Positions 45,710-54,090 of a stretch of DNA of 61,544 nt are shown here, one piece after another (the first letter of the stretch is position 1; every line of letters starts with the position of its first letter). Below the pieces are notes generated by a model that saw nothing but the letters and a program-made list of their open reading frames with translations, was not told the DNA's origin and made no database searches. This DNA comes from a virus. Lineage: Duplodnaviria > Caudoviricetes. The position numbers were made by a program, and so were the translations under genes. The DNA lies in the IMG/VR virus record IMGVR_UViG_3300037010_000926, positions 1 through 61,544 of that record; one strand, given 5' to 3'.

Positions 45710-45805
45710 GCCTAACTGGTCGCTCAAGCGGCGCGCTGCCGGCGTGCTGTCGTTGTCCATCATTCCTCCTGTGCGGGCAGCGCCCGCTTAGCTCCAAAGT
45801 TGGGC
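45710..45805 (+). other. attC site 10
   Basis: GCCTAAC-TGGTC-GCTCAAGCGG-CGCGCTGCC...GGCAGCG-CCCGCTTAGC-TCCAAA-GTTGGGC. Confidence 0.92.
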
Positions 45806-45924
45806 GGCTTGCTGCGGGGCCAGCAGGGCACCAGCTCATCCGGCACGTCCGCAGAGCCCCAACAGCAGGCACGGCCTGAGCTGGCCCAGGGTCATCAACC
45901 CGGCGCGGTTGATGGGCGTGGTGC

Positions 45925-46797
45925 TCACGCCGCCACCTTGCGGATGGACACGGACTCCTTGAACTCGGCGTGGCAGCCGGGCACCTTGAAGTTTTCGCGC
46001 TGCAGATCGGCCAGCTTGTTCAGGGCCGACTGGTCCACGCTCAGCACACCGACCAGCGAGAGGTCACCCTTCTCGATCAGCACGGCCACATGGGCGATCA
46101 GCTTCGGGGCATTGGTGCACTCAGCCACATACTTGCCACGCACACCTTTGGTTTTGGGTGCTGCGTGCCCGCCGCCGCTGCTGTAGCTGACAACCTTCTG
46201 GGCCTGATGCAGCGCCGTGTCGGACGCCACTGCAGCGCGCTCCATCAGATCGTTGGCGGCGACCACGCTGCCCGCCTGGCGCGCTTCCTGGGCCTGCTGA
46301 GCCAGGTTCAGCGCCTCGGTCTGGGCTGCGGCCTCAACCAAAGCAGCGGCGGCCACCGCTTCCTCGTGCGCCTTGCGCTCGATCTCTGCCTGCTCGGCGG
46401 CCTTGCGCTGCACCTCCTTGTTGTAGCCGAGGATCTTGGTCTTGGTGCCGTCGACCTTGGTGTTGATGAAGGTGCCGGCCGCGTTGTAGCCGTCGTTGAT
46501 GCGGGAGGCCAGGTCGCGCAGGGGCTTGGTGCGCTCCAGGCGCTCCTTCTCGATCGCGACTGAGACGCCAGACAGGCGGCCCGCCATTTGCTGGGCCTCG
46601 GCCAGCATCTCGGGCGAGTCGATGATGATGGCGTCGATCACCTCCAGGTCGGGACCGATACGGTTGACGTATTCCTGCAGCCCCGGACTGACGATGGTGA
46701 TGCTGCTCGGCTCGGCGAGCACCTTGGCCACCAGGGCTTGCAGATCGGCCATCGGGCCGGTGGTGGCGAGGGTGGCGACGGTGATGTCTTGTGTCAT
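45925..46797 (-). CDS. Coiled-coil protein of the recombination module
   Basis: IEKERLERTKPL...INDGY, C-terminal KVPG; coupled to the exonuclease gene. Confidence 0.75.
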   Translation of the reverse strand: MTQDITVATLATTGPMADLQALVAKVLAEPSSITIVSPGLQEYVNRIGPDLEVIDAIIIDSPEMLAEAQQMAGRLSGVSVAIEKERLERTKPLRDLASRINDGYNAAGTFINTKVDGTKTKILGYNKEVQRKAAEQAEIERKAHEEAVAAAALVEAAAQTEALNLAQQAQEARQAGSVVAANDLMERAAVASDTALHQAQKVVSYSSGGGHAAPKTKGVRGKYVAECTNAPKLIAHVAVLIEKGDLSLVGVLSVDQSALNKLADLQRENFKVPGCHAEFKESVSIRKVAA

Positions 46798-47384
46798 GAC
46801 TTGCTCCAGCGGTAGACGTTAAGGAGGGAGCAGAACGCCGGCCAGTCGGCCGGGTTGTCCCACGAGAGAAATCGGTAGCGGCCATCGGGCCTGAGCTGCA
46901 CCGAGCCGCGCCTGGCGCGGATGTAGCGCGGATCCTGGTTGGCACGCATGGCCCGGTAGGCTGCGGTCTGCATCCCCCAGGCCTTGTGGTCTTGCAGGCT
47001 GCTCTTGATGTCGATGACCCAGGGCTCAGGCTCGCCGTCCAGCGTGCCGGTGCGGTCCCAGGTGCCGGCAAACCCGGCGTCGTGGTAGTCGCGCTCCTCG
47101 ACCGAATCCCAGACCGGCTTGCGGTCGCGGATAAAGGCCTTCCACGCCTTGAGGTAGCCCATGTACAGGCCGTCCTCCATCAAGGCCAGCGCCTCCTCGT
47201 CCAGCTCACCCAGGTCATAGGCCTCGGTCATGGCGTGCACAAACGTGCCCCGCTCCTGGGCCACTTCGAGGATGTGCTTGGGCACACCCGCGAAAGGCTG
47301 CAGCAGATTCAGCACCTGGGTCACGCTGGGCACCACCTGTCCGTGCCAGCGGTAGGTGTGCGAGGAGGGCTCGAAGGTCAGCAT
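46794..47384 (-). CDS. PD-(D/E)XK (Cas4-like) exonuclease
   Basis: PSVTQVL, RGTFVH, FAGTWDR, VIDIKS, QTAAY. Confidence 0.85.
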   Translation of the reverse strand: MLTFEPSSHTYRWHGQVVPSVTQVLNLLQPFAGVPKHILEVAQERGTFVHAMTEAYDLGELDEEALALMEDGLYMGYLKAWKAFIRDRKPVWDSVEERDYHDAGFAGTWDRTGTLDGEPEPWVIDIKSSLQDHKAWGMQTAAYRAMRANQDPRYIRARRGSVQLRPDGRYRFLSWDNPADWPAFCSLLNVYRWSKS

Positions 47385-48565
47385 CAGGCGAGCCGGCGGC
47401 GCAGTTTGGCGAAGTCATCCTGGGTCAAGCCTTCCAGGGTGACGGGATCCTTCACCGAGGTGATGCCCAGCTCATCAAGCACCGTGATGAGGTCGAGCGA
47501 CTTGACGCGCGCCTTGACCCGGATGTTGGCCTTTTCACCGTCACTGGCCAGCGGGCTACCCTCGGCCACCGCCGGTTCGTCAGGTGCTGGCGCTGGCGTA
47601 GGGGATGGAGCCGGCGCCGGGGAGGGGGCAGCAACGGGCTCAGCGGCCTGCACGGGGGCCGCATCGGCGGCTGGTGCAGGGGTGGGTGCCTGAGCGGGCT
47701 CGGACGCCACAGCGGGCTCAGGAGCCGGCGCCGGGGCGTCGGCCTTCTTGCGCGGCACGGCCGGCGCCTGGCTGGCCTGGGGTTCCTCGGCGCCCTCCAT
47801 GGCAAAGGCACGCTCGGGCGTGGTGTCGCCTTCACGCAGCGAGGTCAAGATGCCGCGCAGGGTGACCAAGTTGTCCAGGCTGATGTCGTCGATGCCGGCG
47901 ATGCCCAGGAAGGAGTAGACCGTGGTGGGCTGCACGCCAAAGCGCAGCAGATCCTGCATGGCGTTGGCCCGGCGGGTGCCCAGGGTCTTGAAGTCGCCCA
48001 TGGCGCACTCTCTGGCGGCGGTTTGCAGGTCAGCCCAGAAGGCCTTGGGCACCCCCTTGAGCGCCGCGTTGCGCAGGGCGATCGAGCTGGCGGCGTTGCC
48101 GGTGACGCCGATCATGTCGGCGCTGAAGCGCCGACCCTCCGCGTCCACGATGCGGCGCTGCACCTCGTAGGTGATGGCCACGTTGCGCTCCAGGTCGTGA
48201 AACACGCCCTGGGCGGTGATGTAGTCACCCTGGTCGCTGACCACACGGGCGCCAGCACGGCAGTTGCCCCAGGCGCTGAGCACGATCTCGGCAAAGCGAG
48301 CGCTCGGGCCTTCGATGCTGACATCGACGTAGCGGCGCGTCACCTTGTCGTACTTCTTGCGCGGGAGCACGTAGAAGCACTCGGACGCGATCACCTCGTT
48401 GAGGGTGACCATTTGCAGCGCCTCGTCGCGGAAGCGTTTGATGGAGCGTGGCCACTTCTTGGCCGTGCTGATCTGCATGTCGATCTCGCCGCGATTGAGT
48501 AGCGCGACCGTGCCACTCTCAGCAACCAGATGTTCCCGGGCAGAGCCGGTGCTGTCGTCGTCCAT
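47384..48565 (-). CDS. Putative ssDNA-annealing (RecT-like) protein
   Basis: AKKWPRS...FYVLPR...IEGPSARFAE...WGN, ALRNAAL; next to the exonuclease. Confidence 0.6.
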   Translation of the reverse strand: MDDDSTGSAREHLVAESGTVALLNRGEIDMQISTAKKWPRSIKRFRDEALQMVTLNEVIASECFYVLPRKKYDKVTRRYVDVSIEGPSARFAEIVLSAWGNCRAGARVVSDQGDYITAQGVFHDLERNVAITYEVQRRIVDAEGRRFSADMIGVTGNAASSIALRNAALKGVPKAFWADLQTAARECAMGDFKTLGTRRANAMQDLLRFGVQPTTVYSFLGIAGIDDISLDNLVTLRGILTSLREGDTTPERAFAMEGAEEPQASQAPAVPRKKADAPAPAPEPAVASEPAQAPTPAPAADAAPVQAAEPVAAPSPAPAPSPTPAPAPDEPAVAEGSPLASDGEKANIRVKARVKSLDLITVLDELGITSVKDPVTLEGLTQDDFAKLRRRLA

Positions 48566-48606
48566 GGGTTCTCCTAGTAACTCGTCTGGGTTGACGGTGT
48601 ACCTAG

Positions 48607-48635
48607 AAGGTATACCAAATGCCGACAGAGGTCAA
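48607..48635 (-). promoter_or_regulatory. Early-left promoter (pL-like) with operators
   Basis: TTGACC-N17-TACCTT; operator GTGTACCTAGAAGGTATAC at 48597-48615. Confidence 0.7.
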
Positions 48636-48654
48636 CCATTTTGGATTAAAGGTT

Positions 48655-49002
48655 TTAGGGATTGGAGGCCAGCCGCCGACAGGTTTGCAACAGCGTTGTG
48701 CGCTGCTGCACAGCCAGCTTGGTCAGGGCGTCTGCCATGGCCAGCGAGGTGTCGTGGATCACGGGCACCTGCTGGTCCATGGGACTGTCGGCTTGCAGGG
48801 CCGCCTGTTGGGCCTGGTAGAGCAGGACCAGGGCGCTGCGCTCCTGGTCTTGCCGGTAGGCCAGCTCAGCCAGGGCAGGGTGGCTGAGCAGTTGCTCTGG
48901 GGTGCTGTGGGCGCAGGGATCCTCCTGGTGCCGGCTCCGGTCGGCCCAGCCCACCAGGACGGCAAAGGCTGCCCAGGCTGCCAGGCTATAGGCGCACCGC
49001 AT
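48655..49002 (-). CDS. Putative exported/membrane protein downstream of cI
   Basis: Hydrophobic N-terminus YSLAAWAAFAVLVGWA; overlaps the cI end. Confidence 0.55.
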   Translation of the reverse strand: MRCAYSLAAWAAFAVLVGWADRSRHQEDPCAHSTPEQLLSHPALAELAYRQDQERSALVLLYQAQQAALQADSPMDQQVPVIHDTSLAMADALTKLAVQQRTTLLQTCRRLASNP

Positions 49003-49657
49003 TGAAGGCTGCCACGACGCGCCCGATGATCGCCATGCCGGATTCGGCGGGGTTGTCGACGATCTGCTGGGGGTAGGCGCTGTTGTCACTGATGAGCAGG
49101 AGGGATCCGTCCAGGCGCCGGGAGATGCGCTTGACAAACACCTCCTCACCACTGTGGAAGGCATACACCGCGTCAGCACTGGTGTGCCGCACACCCCGGT
49201 CGACCAGCAGGATCGCACCATCGCTCAAGGTTGGAGACATCCCATCCCCGGCGTAGGTCATCAGCGCGAGCTTTTCCAGGTTGGGCGTGTTGCACAGCGA
49301 CTTGAGCCAGTCCTTCGAGGCCCTGGCCATCAACATCCCGGGCGGTGGCAGCTTGAGTTCCACCAGGGTTGTGGACCCGGATTTATCCAGGGCCACCAGG
49401 TCGATGCTGACCTCATCCTCGCGGCCCGCCTCCAGTTCGTTGTGCTCACGGTCCAGCCAGCCCGTGGGTTTATCGAAGGCCTGCTCGAAACGCCTAGCCA
49501 CGGCATTGCCGATCCCCTTGATCGGGCTCTTGCCGATGTAGTGGTTCAGGAGCTGCTTTTTCATGCCCAGGCGCATGGCCAGGCGAGTCTGATCGCCCTG
49601 CTCTGATCCGCACAATTCGCGTGCGTTGGCCAGGCGGATCTCATGGATCGTTTTCAT
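48986..49657 (-). CDS. cI: CI-type repressor (HTH plus S24 peptidase)
   Basis: IRLANAR...IGNAVARRFE...GWLD; GDGMSPTL, VFVKRI, ISDN. Confidence 0.9.
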   Translation of the reverse strand: MKTIHEIRLANARELCGSEQGDQTRLAMRLGMKKQLLNHYIGKSPIKGIGNAVARRFEQAFDKPTGWLDREHNELEAGREDEVSIDLVALDKSGSTTLVELKLPPPGMLMARASKDWLKSLCNTPNLEKLALMTYAGDGMSPTLSDGAILLVDRGVRHTSADAVYAFHSGEEVFVKRISRRLDGSLLLISDNSAYPQQIVDNPAESGMAIIGRVVAAFNAVRL

Positions 49658-49752
49658 GCCACGATCTTGCGGTATCCGTGGTGGTTGACGGGTGTCCAAA
49701 TGGGTTGTCATTTGCCCTCCAACCTGGACACCAGATGGGTAGACTGGTGGCC

Positions 49753-50001
49753 ATGGAAATACGCGATGTCTGGAAAACCTTCGATGAGCCGGCGCGTCAG
49801 CGCTTCCTGCGCAAGGCCGGGACGACCGAGGGCTACGTGGAAAAGCTCAACGGTGGCTACTGCTGTCCCAGCCTGGAGATGGCTGCGAAGCTGATAGCGG
49901 CCGACCGGCGCTTGACCTATGAGGGGTTCTTGGTTTCCCGGCGCCGCCGCCTTGCGGCCGACCGGGAGCGAGAGAAGAAGCGCAAACCGGAGACTGTGTG
50001 A
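49753..50001 (+). CDS. cro: Cro-like repressor
   Basis: Divergent from cI; AGTTEGYVEKL...PSLEMAAKL. Confidence 0.7.
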   Translation: MEIRDVWKTFDEPARQRFLRKAGTTEGYVEKLNGGYCCPSLEMAAKLIAADRRLTYEGFLVSRRRRLAADREREKKRKPETV

Positions 50002-50110
50002 CCCTGGAATGCGCCAGGTTGAGTGGCGCATTGATATACCCCTGAGGTGGAAAACGCCACCACATTGGGGCCAATCGACCTGGACCGGGAAAGAATTTCT
50101 AGGGATACGG

Positions 50111-50139
50111 TTGACACCTAGTTTGTATACCTGTACGGT
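50111..50139 (+). promoter_or_regulatory. Early-right promoter of the replication operon with operator
   Basis: TTGACA-N17-TACGGT; operator-like 50112-50130. Confidence 0.7.
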
Positions 50140-50198
50140 TGACGCATTTGCTACCCAACAAGCTCGTTTGGGTGCGCGTTCAACGGGAAGGGCGGGTC

Positions 50199-50963
50199 AT
50201 GATGGCCAATCGCGTAGTCAGGGATGGGGTGCTCGATTCGGAGCGGTATCTGGGGTTGGCACACGACTCTGAGCGCTTGCTCTTTTTGGAGCTGCTGCTG
50301 TTGGCCGATGACTTCGGCCTGGTGCCCACCAACTTCATCTTCCTATCGCGCAAGGCGGCTTCGTGTCTGGGCAAGGGGGACGGCGCGGTGGCCGCCATGG
50401 TCAGCGCGCTGGCCGACAAGGACTTGCTGCGGTGCTACACCAGCGAGAGCGACACGCGGCACGGCTGGATCCCGCGCTTTCGCAATCCGCCACGAGCGCG
50501 AAAACCCAAGTTCGCGCTGCCGCCACGCACCCCTGCGTTTGAGGAGGTGCACAAGCTGATCGAGAGCCGCGCCCTGGCCGAGGGGGAGGACATCTTGACC
50601 GAGGGCGGCGGCAAGAAGGGGGCGGTGCCGACGTGCCCCCACAAGGAGATCGTCGACCTGTACATGCAGATCCTGGGCAAGTCTCTGGGAGAGGTCCGGT
50701 CCTGGCATGACGCTCGGCGCAAAGCGCTTCACGCCAGGTGGGAGTGGGTGGCCAAGCGCAAGGGCTGGACCAGCGCCGAGGAAGGGGTGGAGTGGTTCAA
50801 GCTGTTCTTTGAAGCCGTCACCGAGGACGACTTCCTGATGGGCCGCACCAAGCCTGGCCAAGGCCACGCCAACTGGCGAGCCACGATCGACTACCTGCTG
50901 AGCCCCAAGGGCTTCTTGCGCGTATTCGAGGGCCACGGCAGGCGCCAGGCGGTGGCTGCATGA
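50199..50963 (+). CDS. Replication initiator-like protein
   Basis: MANRVVRDG...LLADDFG N-terminus; CPHKEIVDLY...FLMGR...WRATIDYLL C-terminus; upstream of dnaB. Confidence 0.75.
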   Translation: MMANRVVRDGVLDSERYLGLAHDSERLLFLELLLLADDFGLVPTNFIFLSRKAASCLGKGDGAVAAMVSALADKDLLRCYTSESDTRHGWIPRFRNPPRARKPKFALPPRTPAFEEVHKLIESRALAEGEDILTEGGGKKGAVPTCPHKEIVDLYMQILGKSLGEVRSWHDARRKALHARWEWVAKRKGWTSAEEGVEWFKLFFEAVTEDDFLMGRTKPGQGHANWRATIDYLLSPKGFLRVFEGHGRRQAVAA

Positions 50964-52291
50964 CCCCCGACTTCGACCCCGCCACGCTGCCGTGGAACGA
51001 GATGGCCGAGCGCGCCGTGCTCGGGTCCATGATGATCGACCCCGACGCCTTCGACCGGGCTGGCCCGCTGCAACGCCGCAGCTTCTACGATAGCCGCAAC
51101 GGCATGATCTACGCGGCGATCGCGGTGCTGGCGCTGGCCCGCAAGGCGGTGGATCCGCTGACGGTGCTGGACAAGCTGGGCGATGAGGCTCACGAGTGTG
51201 GCGGCCTGAGTTACCTCAACGAGCTGATGCAGGGTGTGGGCAGCACCCGCAGCGTGGACACCTACGCCGAGCTGGTGCGCGAGCGTGCGGCCCACCGGGC
51301 GCTGATCGAGACGGCCGACGAGGCGCTGGAGTTGGCGCGCGGCACCATGCTGCTGGAGGACAAGCTCGACCGCATCCTGGGCTGGTTCATGAAGCTGCAG
51401 CGCCAGGGCATGAAGAAGGCGCCCGTGCTGCTGAGCGAGCTGGTGATGCAGCGCGTCGACCACATCACCGCGCTGGCCAATGGCGAGATCCAGCCAGGCT
51501 GGCGCACCCACATCCCTCGGCTGACGCGGATGCTGTCGGGTGGCCTGCGGCCTGGCCTGACCTACATCGTCGCGGCCCGGCCGTCCATCGGCAAGTCCAG
51601 CTTTGCCCAGGATCTAGGCATCGCCCTGGCCCAGGATGGCCTGCCCACGCTGATGCTCAGCATGGAGATGCCCGACACCCAGGTGGCCGACCGGGGCATC
51701 TCGCGGCTGGGCCAGGTCCACAACGATGCCGTCCTGACGGGCCGACTGTCCAACGATGAGTGGGGCAGGATCACCAAGGCCTGCGATGCCACCATAGACC
51801 TCCCGTTCTACGTCGATGACACCCCGGCGCTGCGCCTGGCTGACATCCGCGCCAAGGCCCGCCAGGTGCCCGGCCTGAAGGTGTTGATCCTGGACTACCT
51901 GCAGCTCAGCAAGGGCAACGGTGGGTCCAACCGCAACGCCGATCTGGAGGAGATCAGCCGGGGCATGAAGGAGCTGGCCAAGGAGCTGGGCATCGCGGTG
52001 ATCGAGCTGTCCCAGCTCAACCGCGCAGTAGAGGGCCGGGCCGACAAGCGGCCGATGCTGGCCGACTTGCGCGACTCGGGCGCCATCGAGCAGGACGCCG
52101 ACGTGGTGCTGCTGATGTGGCTGGCCAGGGAGTTCGAGATCGACGGGCTGAGGATCATCGGCTGCGACATCGCCAAGAACCGCGAGGGTGCTGTGGGCGC
52201 CTTCTGCCTGGGCTTCCATGGCCCCACCCACACCTGGCAGGAAACCGACCACAGCGTTGAGGTGAACAACACCGGGGGGACCAGGTTGTGA
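50960..52291 (+). CDS. dnaB: Replicative DNA helicase, DnaB family
   Basis: AARPSIGKS, SMEM, ILDYLQL, LSQLNR, DLRDSGAIEQDAD, KNREG. Confidence 0.97.
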   Translation: MTPDFDPATLPWNEMAERAVLGSMMIDPDAFDRAGPLQRRSFYDSRNGMIYAAIAVLALARKAVDPLTVLDKLGDEAHECGGLSYLNELMQGVGSTRSVDTYAELVRERAAHRALIETADEALELARGTMLLEDKLDRILGWFMKLQRQGMKKAPVLLSELVMQRVDHITALANGEIQPGWRTHIPRLTRMLSGGLRPGLTYIVAARPSIGKSSFAQDLGIALAQDGLPTLMLSMEMPDTQVADRGISRLGQVHNDAVLTGRLSNDEWGRITKACDATIDLPFYVDDTPALRLADIRAKARQVPGLKVLILDYLQLSKGNGGSNRNADLEEISRGMKELAKELGIAVIELSQLNRAVEGRADKRPMLADLRDSGAIEQDADVVLLMWLAREFEIDGLRIIGCDIAKNREGAVGAFCLGFHGPTHTWQETDHSVEVNNTGGTRL

Positions 52292-52476
52292 GCGAGCCCT
52301 TGCCCTGTGATGGCAAGAAGCTCTACCTGACCAAGGTGGCGGCCGACAAGGCTGCCAAGTACACGCGCCGGCTGCGCGAGTACCCCCACATGGCCTACCA
52401 CTGCAACCACTGCCACGGCTGGCATGTGGGCTCATCTGAAGGACGCAATCGTGCCCACCGTCGACCAGGACAGTGA
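52288..52476 (+). CDS. Small zinc-binding hypothetical protein
   Basis: CDGKK...YHCNHCHGWHV. Confidence 0.7.
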   Translation: MSEPLPCDGKKLYLTKVAADKAAKYTRRLREYPHMAYHCNHCHGWHVGSSEGRNRAHRRPGQ

Positions 52477-52483
52477 CCAAGCG

Positions 52484-52933
52484 GTGACGCTGCTGATGTC
52501 TTCCCCTGAGGAAGCGCACCAGCACGTCACCGAGCTGTACCGCAACTTGCTCAAGCCCATGACCGCACGCGGCAAGGTGATGCAGGTGACGGCGTGCGAG
52601 GCCGAGGACAACCGCAGCGTCCTGGCCAACCGCTACTACTGGGGCTTCGTGCTCAAGGACATCAGCGAGCAGGGCGCCATTGAGGGGCAGCGCTGGGCGG
52701 TGGAGGCCTGGCATGAGCTGTTCAAGCGCCAGTTCCTGGGCTACCGGGTGCGCAAGTTCAAGGTGGCCGGCAGCAAGCGGGTGAGGGTGGTGCGCGAGCT
52801 GCGCTCGACCACCGACCTGAAGACCCGCGCCTGGCACAAGTACCTGGACCAGCTCATGGCGTTTGCGGCCAACGAGCTGGGCGTGGTGTTCTCCTCCCCT
52901 CCCGCCTACTGGAGTCAAGATGACCGGCGATGA
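52484..52933 (+). CDS. ninB: NinB-like recombination protein (start uncertain)
   Basis: RSVLANRYYWG...WHELFKRQFLG...STTDL...AANELGVVF. Confidence 0.75.
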   Translation: MTLLMSSPEEAHQHVTELYRNLLKPMTARGKVMQVTACEAEDNRSVLANRYYWGFVLKDISEQGAIEGQRWAVEAWHELFKRQFLGYRVRKFKVAGSKRVRVVRELRSTTDLKTRAWHKYLDQLMAFAANELGVVFSSPPAYWSQDDRR

Positions 52934-53114
52934 CTTGCTGATGACCGTGGCCGACCAAGCCAACCAGATCCGCCTGATGCGCAATGAGCTGATGAACCTG
53001 AGCCAGGCCAACCAGATCCTGACCAGGGACAAGAAGGCGCTGGAGCAGCAGCTCCAGAAATTTGACCACGCCGATGTTCAAGCGCAAGACCCCAACAAGG
53101 CCTACGCGACCTGA
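52920..53114 (+). CDS. Small coiled-coil protein
   Basis: GGAG RBS. Confidence 0.6.
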   Translation: MTGDDLLMTVADQANQIRLMRNELMNLSQANQILTRDKKALEQQLQKFDHADVQAQDPNKAYAT

Positions 53115-53529
53115 TCGCAGCGAGGAGTTCGCCTCCTGGCAACCCAAGGCATCACCCACACGGGCGGTGATGGCCAGGATCGACGACACGCCGCCGGCCA
53201 AGGCTGCGCCGCCCAAGCTGGAGCGCCGCATGCAGCAGAGCATCCGCGACTCGGCCAAGGGGGAGGCCTGCCTGGTGCGCTTGCCCATGGTGTGCGCCAA
53301 CGACAGCGCGTACACGATCTGGAGCCACGCCCCGTTCAAGGCGGCCGGCAAAGGTATGGGCATCAAAGCGCTGGACCTGTGTGGTGCCTACGCTTGCACA
53401 CGTTGCGATGCAGTGATCGACCGGCAGGCGCCGCTGCCCATGGGCATGTCACGCGAGCAGGTGGAGATCGCCTGGTTCATGGGGCACCTGCGGTCGCTGG
53501 TGCGGCTGAGAGAGCTGGGATTGGTGTAG
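53074..53529 (+). CDS. DUF1364/YbcO-like putative nuclease
   Basis: SAKGEACLVRLPMVC...GMGIKALD...YACTRCD. Confidence 0.8.
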   Translation: MFKRKTPTRPTRPDRSEEFASWQPKASPTRAVMARIDDTPPAKAAPPKLERRMQQSIRDSAKGEACLVRLPMVCANDSAYTIWSHAPFKAAGKGMGIKALDLCGAYACTRCDAVIDRQAPLPMGMSREQVEIAWFMGHLRSLVRLRELGLV

Positions 53530-53608
53530 CGCGAACAGGTGACCCGCGTTGCACGGGCTGCGCTTGGTAAACCAAGAAGGTATACTTTGCACCCCAAGAG
53601 GTGGTGCA

Positions 53609-53890
53609 ATGAGTAAACCGGCATTCTTGGCAGCCATCGAACCCATGGTCGACAGGGACCAGTGGTTCGATGCCTTCATGGTGTCATGCGGCCTGAAGCT
53701 GCAGCCAGACACCGAGACAGTGAAGTGGGTCAGCCAGAACCTGGCCAACCTCGGGCGCTTCGGCCACCTGGAGAGGCGCGAGGTGGAGGCCCAAGGCAAT
53801 GCGCGCAATCGGTACGAGTACCGCATCACACGCCAGCCTCAGGAGTCCACCTCGGCGCCCGCTTCCTGGATCCCGTTCGGGATCATCTGA
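53609..53890 (+). CDS. Hypothetical, possibly winged-helix protein
   Basis: GAGGT RBS; operator and TATACT upstream. Confidence 0.55.
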   Translation: MSKPAFLAAIEPMVDRDQWFDAFMVSCGLKLQPDTETVKWVSQNLANLGRFGHLERREVEAQGNARNRYEYRITRQPQESTSAPASWIPFGII

Positions 53891-54090
53891 CCGCACGTAG
53901 GGCACACCGCCGAGCACTGACCCAACAGCTTCAGCCGCGCCCGAGACATCCCCGACAGACTGACCCGATTGGCCTTGGCCGCCGTGCGCCACGGCTGCCC
54001 CTCCACCAGCACCAGGCGCAACGCCGCACGCATCCGGTGACTGAGCCGGATCCGCTTGGCCCGAGCGTCGAACTCCCGCCCGGCGATCAT
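53839..54090 (-). CDS. Small HTH (TrfB/KorA-like) protein with CPTC
   Basis: ALRLVLVEGQPWRTAAKANRVSLSGMSRA. Confidence 0.65.
   Translation of the reverse strand: MIAGREFDARAKRIRLSHRMRAALRLVLVEGQPWRTAAKANRVSLSGMSRARLKLLGQCSAVCPTCGQMIPNGIQEAGAEVDS

Larger units (their letters stand above)
42069..45805 (+). mobile_element. Integron-type cassette array without intI (CALIN-like): ~10 attC sites, 9 cassettes, ORFs inverted
   Basis: Repeated RYYYAAC...GTTRRRY imperfect hairpins; each cassette's first bases are complementary to its own R''. Confidence 0.9.

Noticed and set aside
42367-45805. Hairpins as simple rho-independent terminators
   Set aside because: No U-tracts; they carry R/L boxes and cassette-end complementarity typical of attC
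45806-45924. A tenth cassette to the right of attC10
   Set aside because: CCCCAAC at 45857 lacks L boxes and a matching R'; more likely the flank of the original target
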